From contig NC_091470.1 of the NCBI RefSeq assembly GCF_036971445.1, forward strand, positions 51,150,001 to 51,214,000: DNA of 64,000 bases, written 5' to 3'. This stretch comes from Narcine bancroftii. Its lineage: Eukaryota. Positions within the stretch are counted from its first letter, which is position 1, and each line of letters starts with the position of its first letter. Below the pieces are notes generated by a model that searched no databases, was not told the origin of the DNA, and was given only the letters and a program-made list of their open reading frames with translations. A program made the position numbers and the translations under genes. Shown here one piece after another: positions 38,515-48,639 of this stretch.

Positions 38515-38909
38515 CGTGGACTTTTTACCCCCTCCATAAATCTTCGTCCGCGAAGCCAAGCCAAAGTGAAGTGGACGTGTGTATAAGAAATATGGCCATG
38601 AAGATAATCAGTGGCAGAGAGCTAAGGAAATGGAGAGCAGAATGGTTGCAGACCAGGGAGGCACGGACTGTGGAAATGAGTGGATGCATGGCAGATGCTG
38701 TTTCATGCAGTTGTATGAAGTGAATCACTTCAGGAAAAACGGCTGAGAGAGGAAGTGTCTGCTGAATATTTGAGAAAGTGCAATGGGGGAGGGGATCACT
38801 CTAGTTCAACCTCAAAGATAGGTTCCAGTGGTGGAATTATTAGAGGTACCTACAACTCCTGTACCATCTTGAGTTCTGAGGTAATTAAAAATGGCAATCA
38901 ATAAAGACT

Positions 38910-40540
38910 AGTAACAACATCACCTCCATTCTTGGGCGCTCCCCAAGAATGTGTACTCAGGCCCCTAATGTTCTCTCCATGAACAAACAACTATACAGCT
39001 AAATACTGTTCTAGCTCCATCTTCAAATTTGCTGACAACACCCACAGTTGTGGGTAAGATATCAAATAATCTTAGTACCAAATGCAGGAATGAAATTGAA
39101 AGTCTCACTGGCGTCACTAGGAGGATACGGGGATGTGGACCACACCGGGTGACCATCCGAGGGGATGACACCAAAATGACTGTCTATAAAAATTTGTGCA
39201 GTGTTTCAGCAGAAATTTATTCTTTTTTATAAAAATATCCCTGTATTTAGTTCTAACAGCAAAAACATTTTTTGTAAGCCCAGCTTACATGTACCATGAT
39301 ATCTACAAGGCTAAAACTCTATGCTAATTTACCTTTTGAACCTTCTAATGCAGTCCAATCAGAGCTGTCATTATTACCCAATTACAATGACGCTTTCAAA
39401 TCACATGATTTCAGCTTCACTGTTGTTTTTGTTGCCTCTGGTGTTTTTATAGTCACTGCTTTTGTCAAATTTTCTGGTGTTTTATCTACAATATTGTGGT
39501 AATTAGTGCTTGTGAACCTATATCAATTTTTGAGAATGAAGTAGTAATTAAAGGAAAAGAAGGACAAAAAAATCAAAAAGGCATCCACTCAGTAACTAAT
39601 AATGTTGTAATTAATTACGGTGCAATTTAAAGGGGTAATTTTAATTTTGCTAGTTGTTTATGTCACTACTATTGCCATTCAGTGATATCCAGCAATTACG
39701 ATTCATGAGCAACATTAGTACAAAAAACATTACTATGGATTCTGTATGGTCTGGTATGGGAGGAGGTCCATGAGGGGGCAGGGTTTGGGTGGCACCATGA
39801 ATTACCACATCGGATGACACCAACCCTAGTGATGCCACTGGAAAGTTTAGTGACATACTGTCAAGATACCTCTCTCCTAATGTCAATGGATGAAGGAGAT
39901 CATCAATGACTTCAGTAGAGGGGGAAGAGTCCACACCCCTGACCACATTGGTGGCATTGAAGTTGAAAGAGTAGATAACTTCATGTTCTTAGGAATAAAT
40001 ATCACCAATGATCTGACCTGAGACAAGCATGTGGATATTACAGTCAAGAAAGCACACCAATGCCTCAACTTTCTTAGAAGACCAAGGAAGTTCAATATAT
40101 TCCCCTTATCCCTCAACAACTACAGGTGTGCCATCAAAAGCATATTTGCTGGATGCATCACAGCCTTGTCTGGAAGCTGTTCTGTTAAAGATCAAAAAGA
40201 AGCCACAGCTCAGGACACCACACAAACTTTCTTCTCCATGGACTTCATCTACATCTCCCACAGCCTAGGGAAGGCAGCCAACATGCTGAAAGACCTATCA
40301 CACACTGGACACACTCTCTTCTCCCTCCTCCCATTAGGGAGAAAACTTAATGATCTAAAAGCATGCCCTATCAGGCTTCCCTGCAGCCATCAGGCTCCTG
40401 AATGAACCCCATAACAATGCTATCATATTGCCCTTGCTTGTTATAATTGATCTTCCTTTTTGGTGTATTCTATTCTCTGTAAATCGTGCTTGATACAAAG
40501 CTTCATGAGTGTTAGAGATAACCTATTAGTCTGTCGCAGA
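38910..40540 (+). mobile_element. Rex1/Babar-type LINE fragment interrupted by a hAT MITE
   Basis: GAPQECVL and IFKFADNT.VVGKI lie before 39106. KEII.DF and KKAHQCLNFLRR lie after 39840. Confidence 0.8.
39106..39840. mobile_element. Non-autonomous hAT DNA transposon (MITE)
   Basis: 16-bp TIRs cactggcgtcactagg / cctagtgatgccactg (14 of 16 match). 8-bp TSD gaaagtct/gaaagttt. Subterminal gatgacaccaa motifs and an AT-rich non-coding interior. Confidence 0.85.
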
Positions 40541-40595
40541 AGATTCCTTCTCATTATACAAGGTATTTTGAGTCAAAAAAAATTAAAACCCTTAA

Positions 40596-41345
40596 GGGGT
40601 GACATGGTTAGCTTATTGGTTAGTGCAGCGCAGATTTACAAGGTTAGTTCCAGGGATGGCGGGGTTGACATATGCTGAAAGGCTAGAAAAACTGGACTTG
40701 TATCCGATGGAGTTTAGAAGGATGAGGGGGGACATGATTGAGGTATACAAAATTATCAGGGGGATAGACAGGGTGAAGTCGGATTACTTGTTCCTAATGA
40801 TGGGGGAGACGAGGACTAGAGGGCATAGTTTAAGAATACAGGGTAGGCCCTTTAGGACGGAGATGAGAAAACATTTTTTTACCCAGAGAAGTGTGAATCT
40901 GTGGAATGCTCTGCCACAGAGGGTGGTAGAGGCAGATTCGCTGATTATGTTCAAAAGAGAGTTAGATAAGACTCTAGTGGGCAAAGGAGTTAAGGGTTAT
41001 GGGGATAAGGCTGGAAAGGGGTACTGATAGTAGTGATCAGCCATGATCTGTAAAATGGCGGTGCTGGCTCGACGGGCCGAAGAGCCTACTCCAGCTCCTA
41101 TTGTCTATTGTCTCTGTTACAGTGCCCAATGATTAAGACTGGGCTTCAAATTCCATGCTACTTGTAAGGAGTTTGTACGTTCGCTGCCTGTCTGCGTGGG
41201 TTTTCATTGGGTGCTCCGGTTTCCTTCCACCCTCAAAAAATACACCGGGAGTTCTAGGTCAATTGGGCATAATTGGGTGGCATGGGCTCATGGGCTGAAA
41301 GGGCCTGTTATTATGCTGTATGTATGCCTAAATTTAAATTTGCTT
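40596..41345 (+). mobile_element. HE1/V-SINE split by a CR1 insertion
   Basis: The SINE head at 40596-40631 resumes at about 41114 (tgttacagtgc..., V-domain, gggctgaaagggcctgtt tail). Confidence 0.75.
40630..41113 (+). mobile_element. Relatively young CR1 LINE 3' end
   Basis: Open frame QRRFTRLVPGM.GLTYAERL..L.LY..EFRRMRGDMIEVYKI...FFTQRSVNLWNALP, followed by a (ctattgt)n tail. Confidence 0.92.
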
Positions 41346-42019
41346 CATAAAGCTGTCCCATGTGTACAATAAGTGATGCATAAGACAGGGTGTTCCTGGC
41401 TTCTGGGTAGATTGGGGAGGCTTGGAGCATTCTCCCTGCAGTAAAGGATAAGGGAGTCAAATAAAAGGCAAATTGGTAACCAAGGTGTTATTACTGCAAA
41501 AGAACAGGTTGGGAAATGAAGAGATTTTTTGCACAGAATTGGATGATCTGATGGTGGAAAACAATGATGGTGGAGGAATTGGAATGCATAGTGACTGCAA
41601 AAGGCCATTGAATGAGCACTTGAAACAGAGATTCCATAAAGTTGCCTCGGTATTTTTTAATGGAATCCACTTATTGTGTTTTGTCTGCTGGAAAAAGGAG
41701 CCAGAAAATTGTTTCCATTCTGTGCAGCTCAATGGCCTGAGGTGTGCTGGTCCACATCCACCGATCAAGATCAAGATCAAGATTCAATTTATTATCATGG
41801 TAATAAAACAGTATTACATTTCATGAAATTTCCTTTCACCTGCTGCAAGGCAAAAAGATTCACCACTGATTCACCCTTAGTTAACTGAATGAATTTCACT
41901 GGCTTTCCAAACCTTTACAAACCAGCAACAAGTGGATGCTCTATGGTATTGTTCTAAATCTTCTTTTCTTTGGCTTGGCTTCGCGGACGAAGATTTATGG
42001 AGGGGGTAAAAAGTCCACG

Positions 42020-44024
42020 TCAGCTGCAGGCTCGTTTGTGGCTGACAAGTCCGATGCGGGACAGGCAGACACGATTGCAGCGGTTGCAAGGGAAAATTGG
42101 TTGGTTGGGGTTGGGTGTTGGGTTTTTCCTCCTTTGCCTTTTGTCAGTGAGGTGGGCTCTGCGGTCTTCTTCAAAGGAGGTTGCTGCCCGCCAAACTGTG
42201 AGGCGCCAAGATGCACGGTTTGAGGCGTTATCAGCCCACTGGCGGTGGTCAATGTGGCAGGCACCAAGAGATTTCTTTAGGCAGTCCTTGTACCTTTTCT
42301 TTGGTGCACCTCTGTCACGGTGGCCAGTGGAGAGCTCGCCATATAATACGATCTTGGGAAGGCGATGGTCCTCCATTCTGGAGACGTGACCCATCCAGCG
42401 CAGCTGGATCTTCAGCAGCGTGGACTCGATGCTGTCGACCTCTGCCATCTCGAGTACTTCGACGTTTGGGGTGTAAGCGCTCCAATGGATGTTGAGGATG
42501 GAGCGGAGACAACGCTGGTGGAAGCGTTCTAGGAGCCGTAGGTGGTGCCGGTAGAGGACCCATGATTCGGAGCCGAACAGGAGTGTGGGTATGACAACGG
42601 CTCTGTATACGCTTATCTTTGTGAGGTTTTTCAGTTGGTTGTTTTTCCAGACTCTTTAGTGTAGTCTTCCAAAGGCGCTATTTGCCTTGGCGAGTCTGTT
42701 GTCTATCTCATTGTCGATCCTTGCATCTGATGAAATGGTGCAGCCGAGATAGGTAAACTGGTTGACCGTTTTGAGTTTTGTGTGCCCGATGGAGATGTGG
42801 GGGGGCTGGTAGTCATGGTGGGGAGCTGGCTGATGGAGGACCTCAGTTTTCTTCAGGCTGAATTCCAGGCCAAACATTTTGGCAGTTTCCGCAAAGCAGG
42901 ACGTCAAGCGCTGAAGAGCTGGCTCTGAATGGGCAACTAAAGCGGCATCATCTGCAAAGAGTAGTTCACGGACAAGTTTCTCTTGTGTCTTGGTGTGAGC
43001 TTGCAGGCGCCTCAGATTGAAGAGACTGCCATCCGTGCGGTACCGGATGTAAACAGCGTCTTCATTGTTGGGGTCTTTCATGGCTTGGTTCAGCATCATG
43101 CTGAAGAAGATTGAAAAGAGGGTTGGTGCGAGAACACAGCCTTGCTTCACGCCATTGTTAATGGAGAAGGGTTCAGAGAGCTCATTGCTGTATCTGACCC
43201 GACCTTGTTGGTTTTCGTGCAGTTGGATAATCATGTTGAGGAACTTTGGGGGACATCCGATGCGCTCTAGTATTTGCCAAAGCCCTTTCCTGCTCACGGT
43301 GTCGAAGGCTTTGGTGAGGTCAACAAAGGTGATGTAGAGTCCTTTGTTTTGTTCTCTGCACTTTTCTTGGAGCTGTCTGAGGGCAAAGACCATGTCAGTG
43401 GTTCCTCTGTTTGCGCGAAAGCCGCACTGTGATTCTGGGAGAATATTCTCGGCGACACTAGGTATTATTCTATTTAGTAGAATCCTAGCGAAGATTTTGC
43501 CTGCAATGGAGAGCAACGTGATTCCCCTGTAGTTTGAGCAGTCTGATTTCTCGCCTTTGTTTTTGTACAGGGTGATGATGGTGGCATCACGAAGATCCTG
43601 AGGCAGTTTACCTTGGTCCCAACAAAGCTTGAAAAACTCATGCAGTTTGGCATGCAGAGTTTTGCCGCCAGCCTTCCAGACTTCTGTGGGGATTCCATCC
43701 ATACCTGCTGCTTTGCCACTTTTCAGTTGTTCGATTGCCTTATATGTCTCATCCAGGGTGGGAACCTCATCCAGCTCTAGCCTTAGGGGCTGTTGAGGGA
43801 GCTGGAGCAGGGCAGAATCTTGGACTGAGCGGTTGGCATTGAAAAGAGATTGGAAGTGTTCTGACCATCGGTTGAGGATGGAGATCTTGTCGCTGAGGAG
43901 GACTTTGCCGTCTGAGCTGCGCAGCGGGCTTTGGACTTGGGGTGAGGGGCCGTACACAGCCTTTAGAGCCTCGTAGAAACCCCTGAAGTCGCCAATGTCC
44001 GCGCTGAGCTGTGTTCGTTTGGCG
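42020..44024 (-). pseudogene. RTE reverse transcriptase region (5'-truncated, one nonsense codon)
   Basis: All RT motifs are intact in the 458-aa ORF. AAA has changed to TAA at 42656-42658. Confidence 0.9.
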
Positions 44025-44186
44025 TTCACCATAGCTCTTTCCCAAGGTCTTTATAAATTGTGCGCTATTACCGCTAGGACTTTCCCACATCTTTATAAAT
44101 TGTGCAGCTATGTGTTTTATATGACTTTTCCAAGGTCTTTTATAAATGTATAAAGGTTTATTCAAATTGTCCATTTCAACAATTTG

Positions 44187-44940
44187 CCCGATACGGGCAG
44201 AGAGTGGGAGGCGGCGGCCCCAGTCCGGGCACAGGGAGAGCAGCAGCGGCCCCGGCCCCGGTCCGGGCGAAGGGTAGACGGCGGCGGCCCCGATACGGGC
44301 AGGAGCAAGGGGGAGACGGCGGCCCCGGCCTCGGTCGAGTGAGGCAGGTGGAGGCCCCGGTCCGGGCAGGGAGTGGGAGGCGGCGGCCCCAGTCCGGGCA
44401 CAGGGAGAGCAGCAGCGGCCCCGGTCCGGGCGAAGGGTAGACGGCGGCGGCCCCGATACGGGCAGGAGCAAGGGGGAGACGGCGGCCCCGGCCTCGGTCG
44501 AGTGAGGCAGGCGGAGGCCCCGGTCCGGGCAGGGAGTGGGAGGCGGTGGCCCCAGTCCGGGCACAGGGAGAGCAGCAGCGGCCCCGGCCCCGGTCCGGGC
44601 GAAGGGTAGACGGCGGCGGCCCCGATACGGGCAGGAGCAAGGGGGAGACGGCGGCCCCGGCCTCGGTCGAGTGAGGCAGGCGGAGGCCCCGGTCCGGGCA
44701 GGGAGTGGGAGGCGGCGGCCCAAATCCAGGCACAGGGAGAGCAACAGCAGCCCCGGCCCCGGTCCGGGCGAAGGGTAGACGGCGGCGGCCCCGATACGGG
44801 CAGGAGCAAGGGGGAGACGGCGGCCCCGGCCTCGGTCGAGTGAGGCAGGCGGAGGCCCCGGTCCAGGCAGGGAGTGGGAGGCGGCGGCCCCAGTCCAGGC
44901 ACAGGGTGAACTGCGGCGGCCTCGGCCCCGGTCCGGGCAG
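44187..44940. repeat. GC/CpG-rich higher-order minisatellite, 163-169-bp unit, about 4.4 copies
   Basis: Marker cgatacgggcag at 44189, 44291, 44454, 44623 and 44792. Each unit has five ~30-38-bp subunits with core ggcggcccc. Confidence 0.95.
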
Positions 44941-45081
44941 TATGGACCGACCTAGGAGGGGAGGCAGACCCCTCCAGCCCGGGTAAGAAACCTGCATAGG
45001 AGAAGGCCACTCCGATATAAAACCTACGACCCAAGGACCTCGCTGCCACGTCCCAGCTTGCTCGGCCACGGCACACGAACC

Positions 45082-45671
45082 ATGGGTGTAAAGGGTGGGG
45101 CCAGTACTGCGCGCACTGCACTCCACCTAAAAGCTCCTTTGCGCAGGCCCGAGGACAGGTCCACGTCCTCCCCCTCAACGTCCTCCCCCTCCACGTCCTC
45201 CCCCTCAAAAGATGCTCACAAACTCAAGCTAGCATGCTGGAACATCAGAACCATGCTAGACAAGGCTGACAGCCACCGACCTGAACGTCGGTCTGCCCTC
45301 ATTGCACATGAACTCCTCAGACTTGACATCGACATAGCCGCTCTCAGTGAAGTCCGCCTGGCAGATGTAGGCAGCCTCCAAGAACACGGCGCGGGCTACA
45401 CACTCTACTGGTCTGGCAAGCCTTCGGATGAACGACGCCTATCTGGTGTAGGCTTCATGGTCAAGAGCTTCATTGCCTCCAAACTCGAAAACCTTCCGAC
45501 AGGCCTCTCGGACCGAATCATGTCCATGCGACTCCCACTTCAAAACAAGCGTCACATCACCCTCATCAGTGTCTATGCTCCAACCCTCCAGGCGGAACCA
45601 GCAGAAAAGAACAAGTTCTACACCGACCTGCGCAACCTCATCCAACGTACCCCTACAGCCGACAAGGTTGT
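45082..45671 (+). pseudogene. RTE ORF 5' part (APE endonuclease N-terminal half), truncated
   Basis: ATG in an accATGg context, with motifs WNIRT, ALSEVR and SVYAPT. It breaks at ...ADKVV, at the TSD. Confidence 0.9.
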
Positions 45672-46098
45672 TCTAAATGCCAGCTCACTAAATGCCTCTG
45701 AGTGACAATGATGAGGTTAAGTTTTGACTTTCATCACTGATTTTAATAGACTATTTTTTCATGTCTCTGAAATTTAGAGGTATTTATAAACTATTATTCA
45801 AGATAACATTTTAAAAGTTATTTATATAGTTAAAAAATAAAATAAAATGGATACACTTGGAAAAATAAAAACATAACTATTGTTAAAATATGTATATTTC
45901 CTTCTCTTTTGCCTCCTAATGTGATGGCCCCAGTAGGTCTCATCCTGGGATCCAGCTCTTAATGCCCTTGGATGATGTTGGGAACCCTAGAATTGCCCAC
46001 CTCTGACAGAGCCCAGTAGCAGAGCAAGCTGACAAATTCAGCTGCCTCACCATCCTCCATACCCCACTCCCCACTCAAAAATGGCTTCGTTTGGACAG

Positions 46099-46402
46099 CT
46101 CTTGGTGCCTGCCACATTGACCATCGCCAGTGGGCTGATATCGCCTCAAACCGTGCATCTTGGCACCTCACAGTTCGGCGGGCAGCAACCTCCTTTGAAG
46201 AAGACCGCAGAGCCCATCTCACTGTCAAAAGACAAAGGAGGAAAAACCCAACACCCAACCCCAACCCACCAATTTTCCCTTGCACCCACTGCAACCGTGT
46301 CTGCCTGTCCCGCATCGGACTTGTCAGCCACAAACGAGCCTGCACCTGACGTGGACATTACCCCTCCATAAATCTTCATCCGCGAAGCCAAGCCAAAGAA
46401 GA
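46099..46402 (+). mobile_element. Young RTE LINE 3' fragment
   Basis: Matches 38265-38566. Tail gccaaagaaga. Confidence 0.93.
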
Positions 46403-46789
46403 TACAAAATGAAGGAAAAATGCACTTTAGGAATTAAACTATTGAAAAATCAATGCCAGATTAGTTGCCTCTAGACTTTAATTTGAAAACCATGAGATCC
46501 ACAGGGTAACTGAATAAAAACGTACACTTGGGGAGTTGGGGCAAGAGTGTAGTAGAATGCCATCTCTGGTGAGTAAGTTAAGAGAAATTGTGTACTCTTC
46601 AGAAAATCTTGTGAATGCTTGCACAGTTTTTTTGTAATGTAGTACATTGCTTAGTACGTGTTTGTTCCAACAATACCTCCCAGATACTTAAAAACAAAGT
46701 GATTAATGGAAGTAGATAATTGGGAATGTCCAGCAATGTCATCAGGCAAACTCAGTTTAAACATCTGTCTGATTATTTAAACTATTTAT

Positions 46790-48490
46790 GAACCCCACCA
46801 CATTTGGCATGTCTGATCATCAGATTGTGCTGTTGCTACCTGCACACAAGCAGAAGCAGAGGGAGGGAAAGCCTGATGGAGATAGTTGTGCAACGATGAT
46901 CTGGAGATACAGAGGATTTCCCTTGTGATTGCTTCTAGTCAGTAGATGGGCCCATATTCAAGGAATCACCAACAATCCTTGACAAATATGCCACGACTCT
47001 TACCAACTTCATCAGCAAGTGTGTACAAGACCGTGTGACTCAGAGGAAAATACGGGAATTCCAAAATCGGAAACCAAGGTTGAACTGCAAAATCAACTTG
47101 TTGCTGAGGGCCAGGTTACAACCATTCAGGTCAGGAATCCCAGCCCTTTACAAAATATCCAAGTACAATATTTGTAAGTCCATCAGGAAAGGCGGGAACA
47201 TGTATGGCATAAAGCTTGGATCCTAAGGGAACATCTTGAATATGTGGCGACTATGGGAAGGCATGGAAAGCAAAGCTGTGTAGCTTGACGTGGAACAGCC
47301 CAACACTCCCTGATGGGTTTAATGCATTTTATATTCTTTTCAAATTGGGAGTTAGTGAACATTAGTATTATCAACTATCATCCATGGCCACGGCTGCTGA
47401 AGTCAGGTTAGCCTTCTGCAGAATGAATTTTCAGACAGTGACTGGTCCAGATGGAGTCTTGGGATGTCTCCTGAGACAGATCAACTGGCAGATCAACTGG
47501 CAGATGTATTCATAGACATCTTTAATCTCTCCCTCCAACAGGCCCATTTGTTTCAAGAAAGTCTCTGTCATACCAGTACTGGAAAGACACAATAATGTGC
47601 CTAAATGACTATCGATCTGTGGCTCTGACATTCACCATAATGGTGAATTGAGATGGTGATCATAGCTCACATCAGCTCCAGCCCACTAGCCTGCTTTGAC
47701 CCATTTCAATTTTCCTACTGGCCAAAGAGATCCATGCCAGATGCCATCTTCCTGCCTCTCCTCTTAGCTCTGGACACCCAAGGTCATCTGTGTCAGTATA
47801 CTGATCAGTATACTGATCCTCAACATCCATTGGAGCGCTTTCATCCCTAACGTCGAAGTACTCGAGATGGCAGAGGTCGACAGCATCGAGTCCACGCTGC
47901 TGAAGATCCAGCTGCGCTGGATGGGTCACGTTACCAGAATGGAGGACCATCGCCTTCCCAAGATCGTGTTATATGGCGAGCTCTCCACTGGCCACCGTGA
48001 CAGAGGTGCACCAAAGAAAAGGTACAAGGACTGCCTAAAGAAATCTCTTGGTGCCTGCCACATTGACCACCGCCAGTGGGCTGATATCGCCTCAAACCGT
48101 GCATCTTGCGCCTCAGTTTGGCGGGCAGCAACCTCCTTTGAAGAAGACCGCAGAGCCCACCTCACTGACAAAAGGCAAAGGAGGAAAAACCCAACACCCA
48201 ACCCCAACCAACCAATTTTCCCCTGCAACCTCTGCAACCGTGTCTGCCTGTCCCGCATCGGACTTGTCAGCCACAAACGAGCCTGCAGCTGACGTGAACT
48301 TTTTACCCCCTCCATAAATCTTCGTCCGCGAAGCCAAGCCAAAGAGAGATATGGTCACAGAATACTAAAGTTCTGTCATCAATATTCCCTTCCCCAATCA
48401 CACTCCAACACCAGCACTCCACAAGGATATGTACTTGGCCATCTACTTGATTCCCTGTGAATCCACGATTCTACAGCTAAATACTCACTG
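46790..48490 (+). mobile_element. Old Rex1/Babar-type LINE interrupted by an RTE
   Basis: SDH..VLLLP, TGPDGV, LND.RSVALT and, after the RTE, NTSTPQG.VL. Heavily decayed. Confidence 0.7.
47816..48348 (+). mobile_element. Young RTE LINE, 5'-truncated
   Basis: MAEVDSIESTLLKIQLRW...SHKRACS. A 12-bp flank duplication cagtatactgat sits at the 5' junction. Confidence 0.95.
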
Positions 48491-48639
48491 TAATTCAGGA
48501 GAATTATTGTGTATTTTCCCTTTGAAGATAACATCACTCGAGAGAAGCAGTAAGCATGTCTTTATTCATTCCCAGATGATGCCAACATAAATTTAACACA
48601 AATCAAGGTCCATTGTCTGAAACCAGTTCTATGAGTAAT

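Larger units (their letters stand above)
35096..38566 (+). mobile_element. Near full-length young RTE-clade LINE
   Basis: APE endonuclease, RT and C-terminal C2H2-like motif in one nearly continuous frame, with a short 3' UTR ending gccaagccaaag. It is CpG-rich and I see no clear TSD. Confidence 0.97.
41960..45667 (-). mobile_element. Composite RTE insertion: 3' arm (-), extra upstream sequence with VNTR, and inverted 5' arm (+), bounded by an 11-bp TSD
   Basis: TSD ttgttctaaat at 41949-41959 and 45668-45678. 41960-44024 is the reverse complement of 36527-38566, and 45018-45671 is a direct copy of 35096-35794. Confidence 0.9.

Noticed and set aside
44940-45080. HDV-like ribozyme in the RTE 5' UTR
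   Set aside because: Such ribozymes are known in some RTE elements, but I could not assign the nested double pseudoknot by eye. A structure-descriptor search is needed.
43767-45208. Long Pro/Gly/Arg/Ala-rich ORFs of 316-348 aa
   Set aside because: They are open in several frames because the GC-rich tandem repeat lacks stop codons, and they show no domain signature.
14897-48358. Recurrent ORFs such as MVPATLTTASG..., MASRTKIYGGGK... and MSTSAAGSF...
   Set aside because: These are alternative-frame or antisense readings of the same RTE 3' end and recur only because the repeat recurs.
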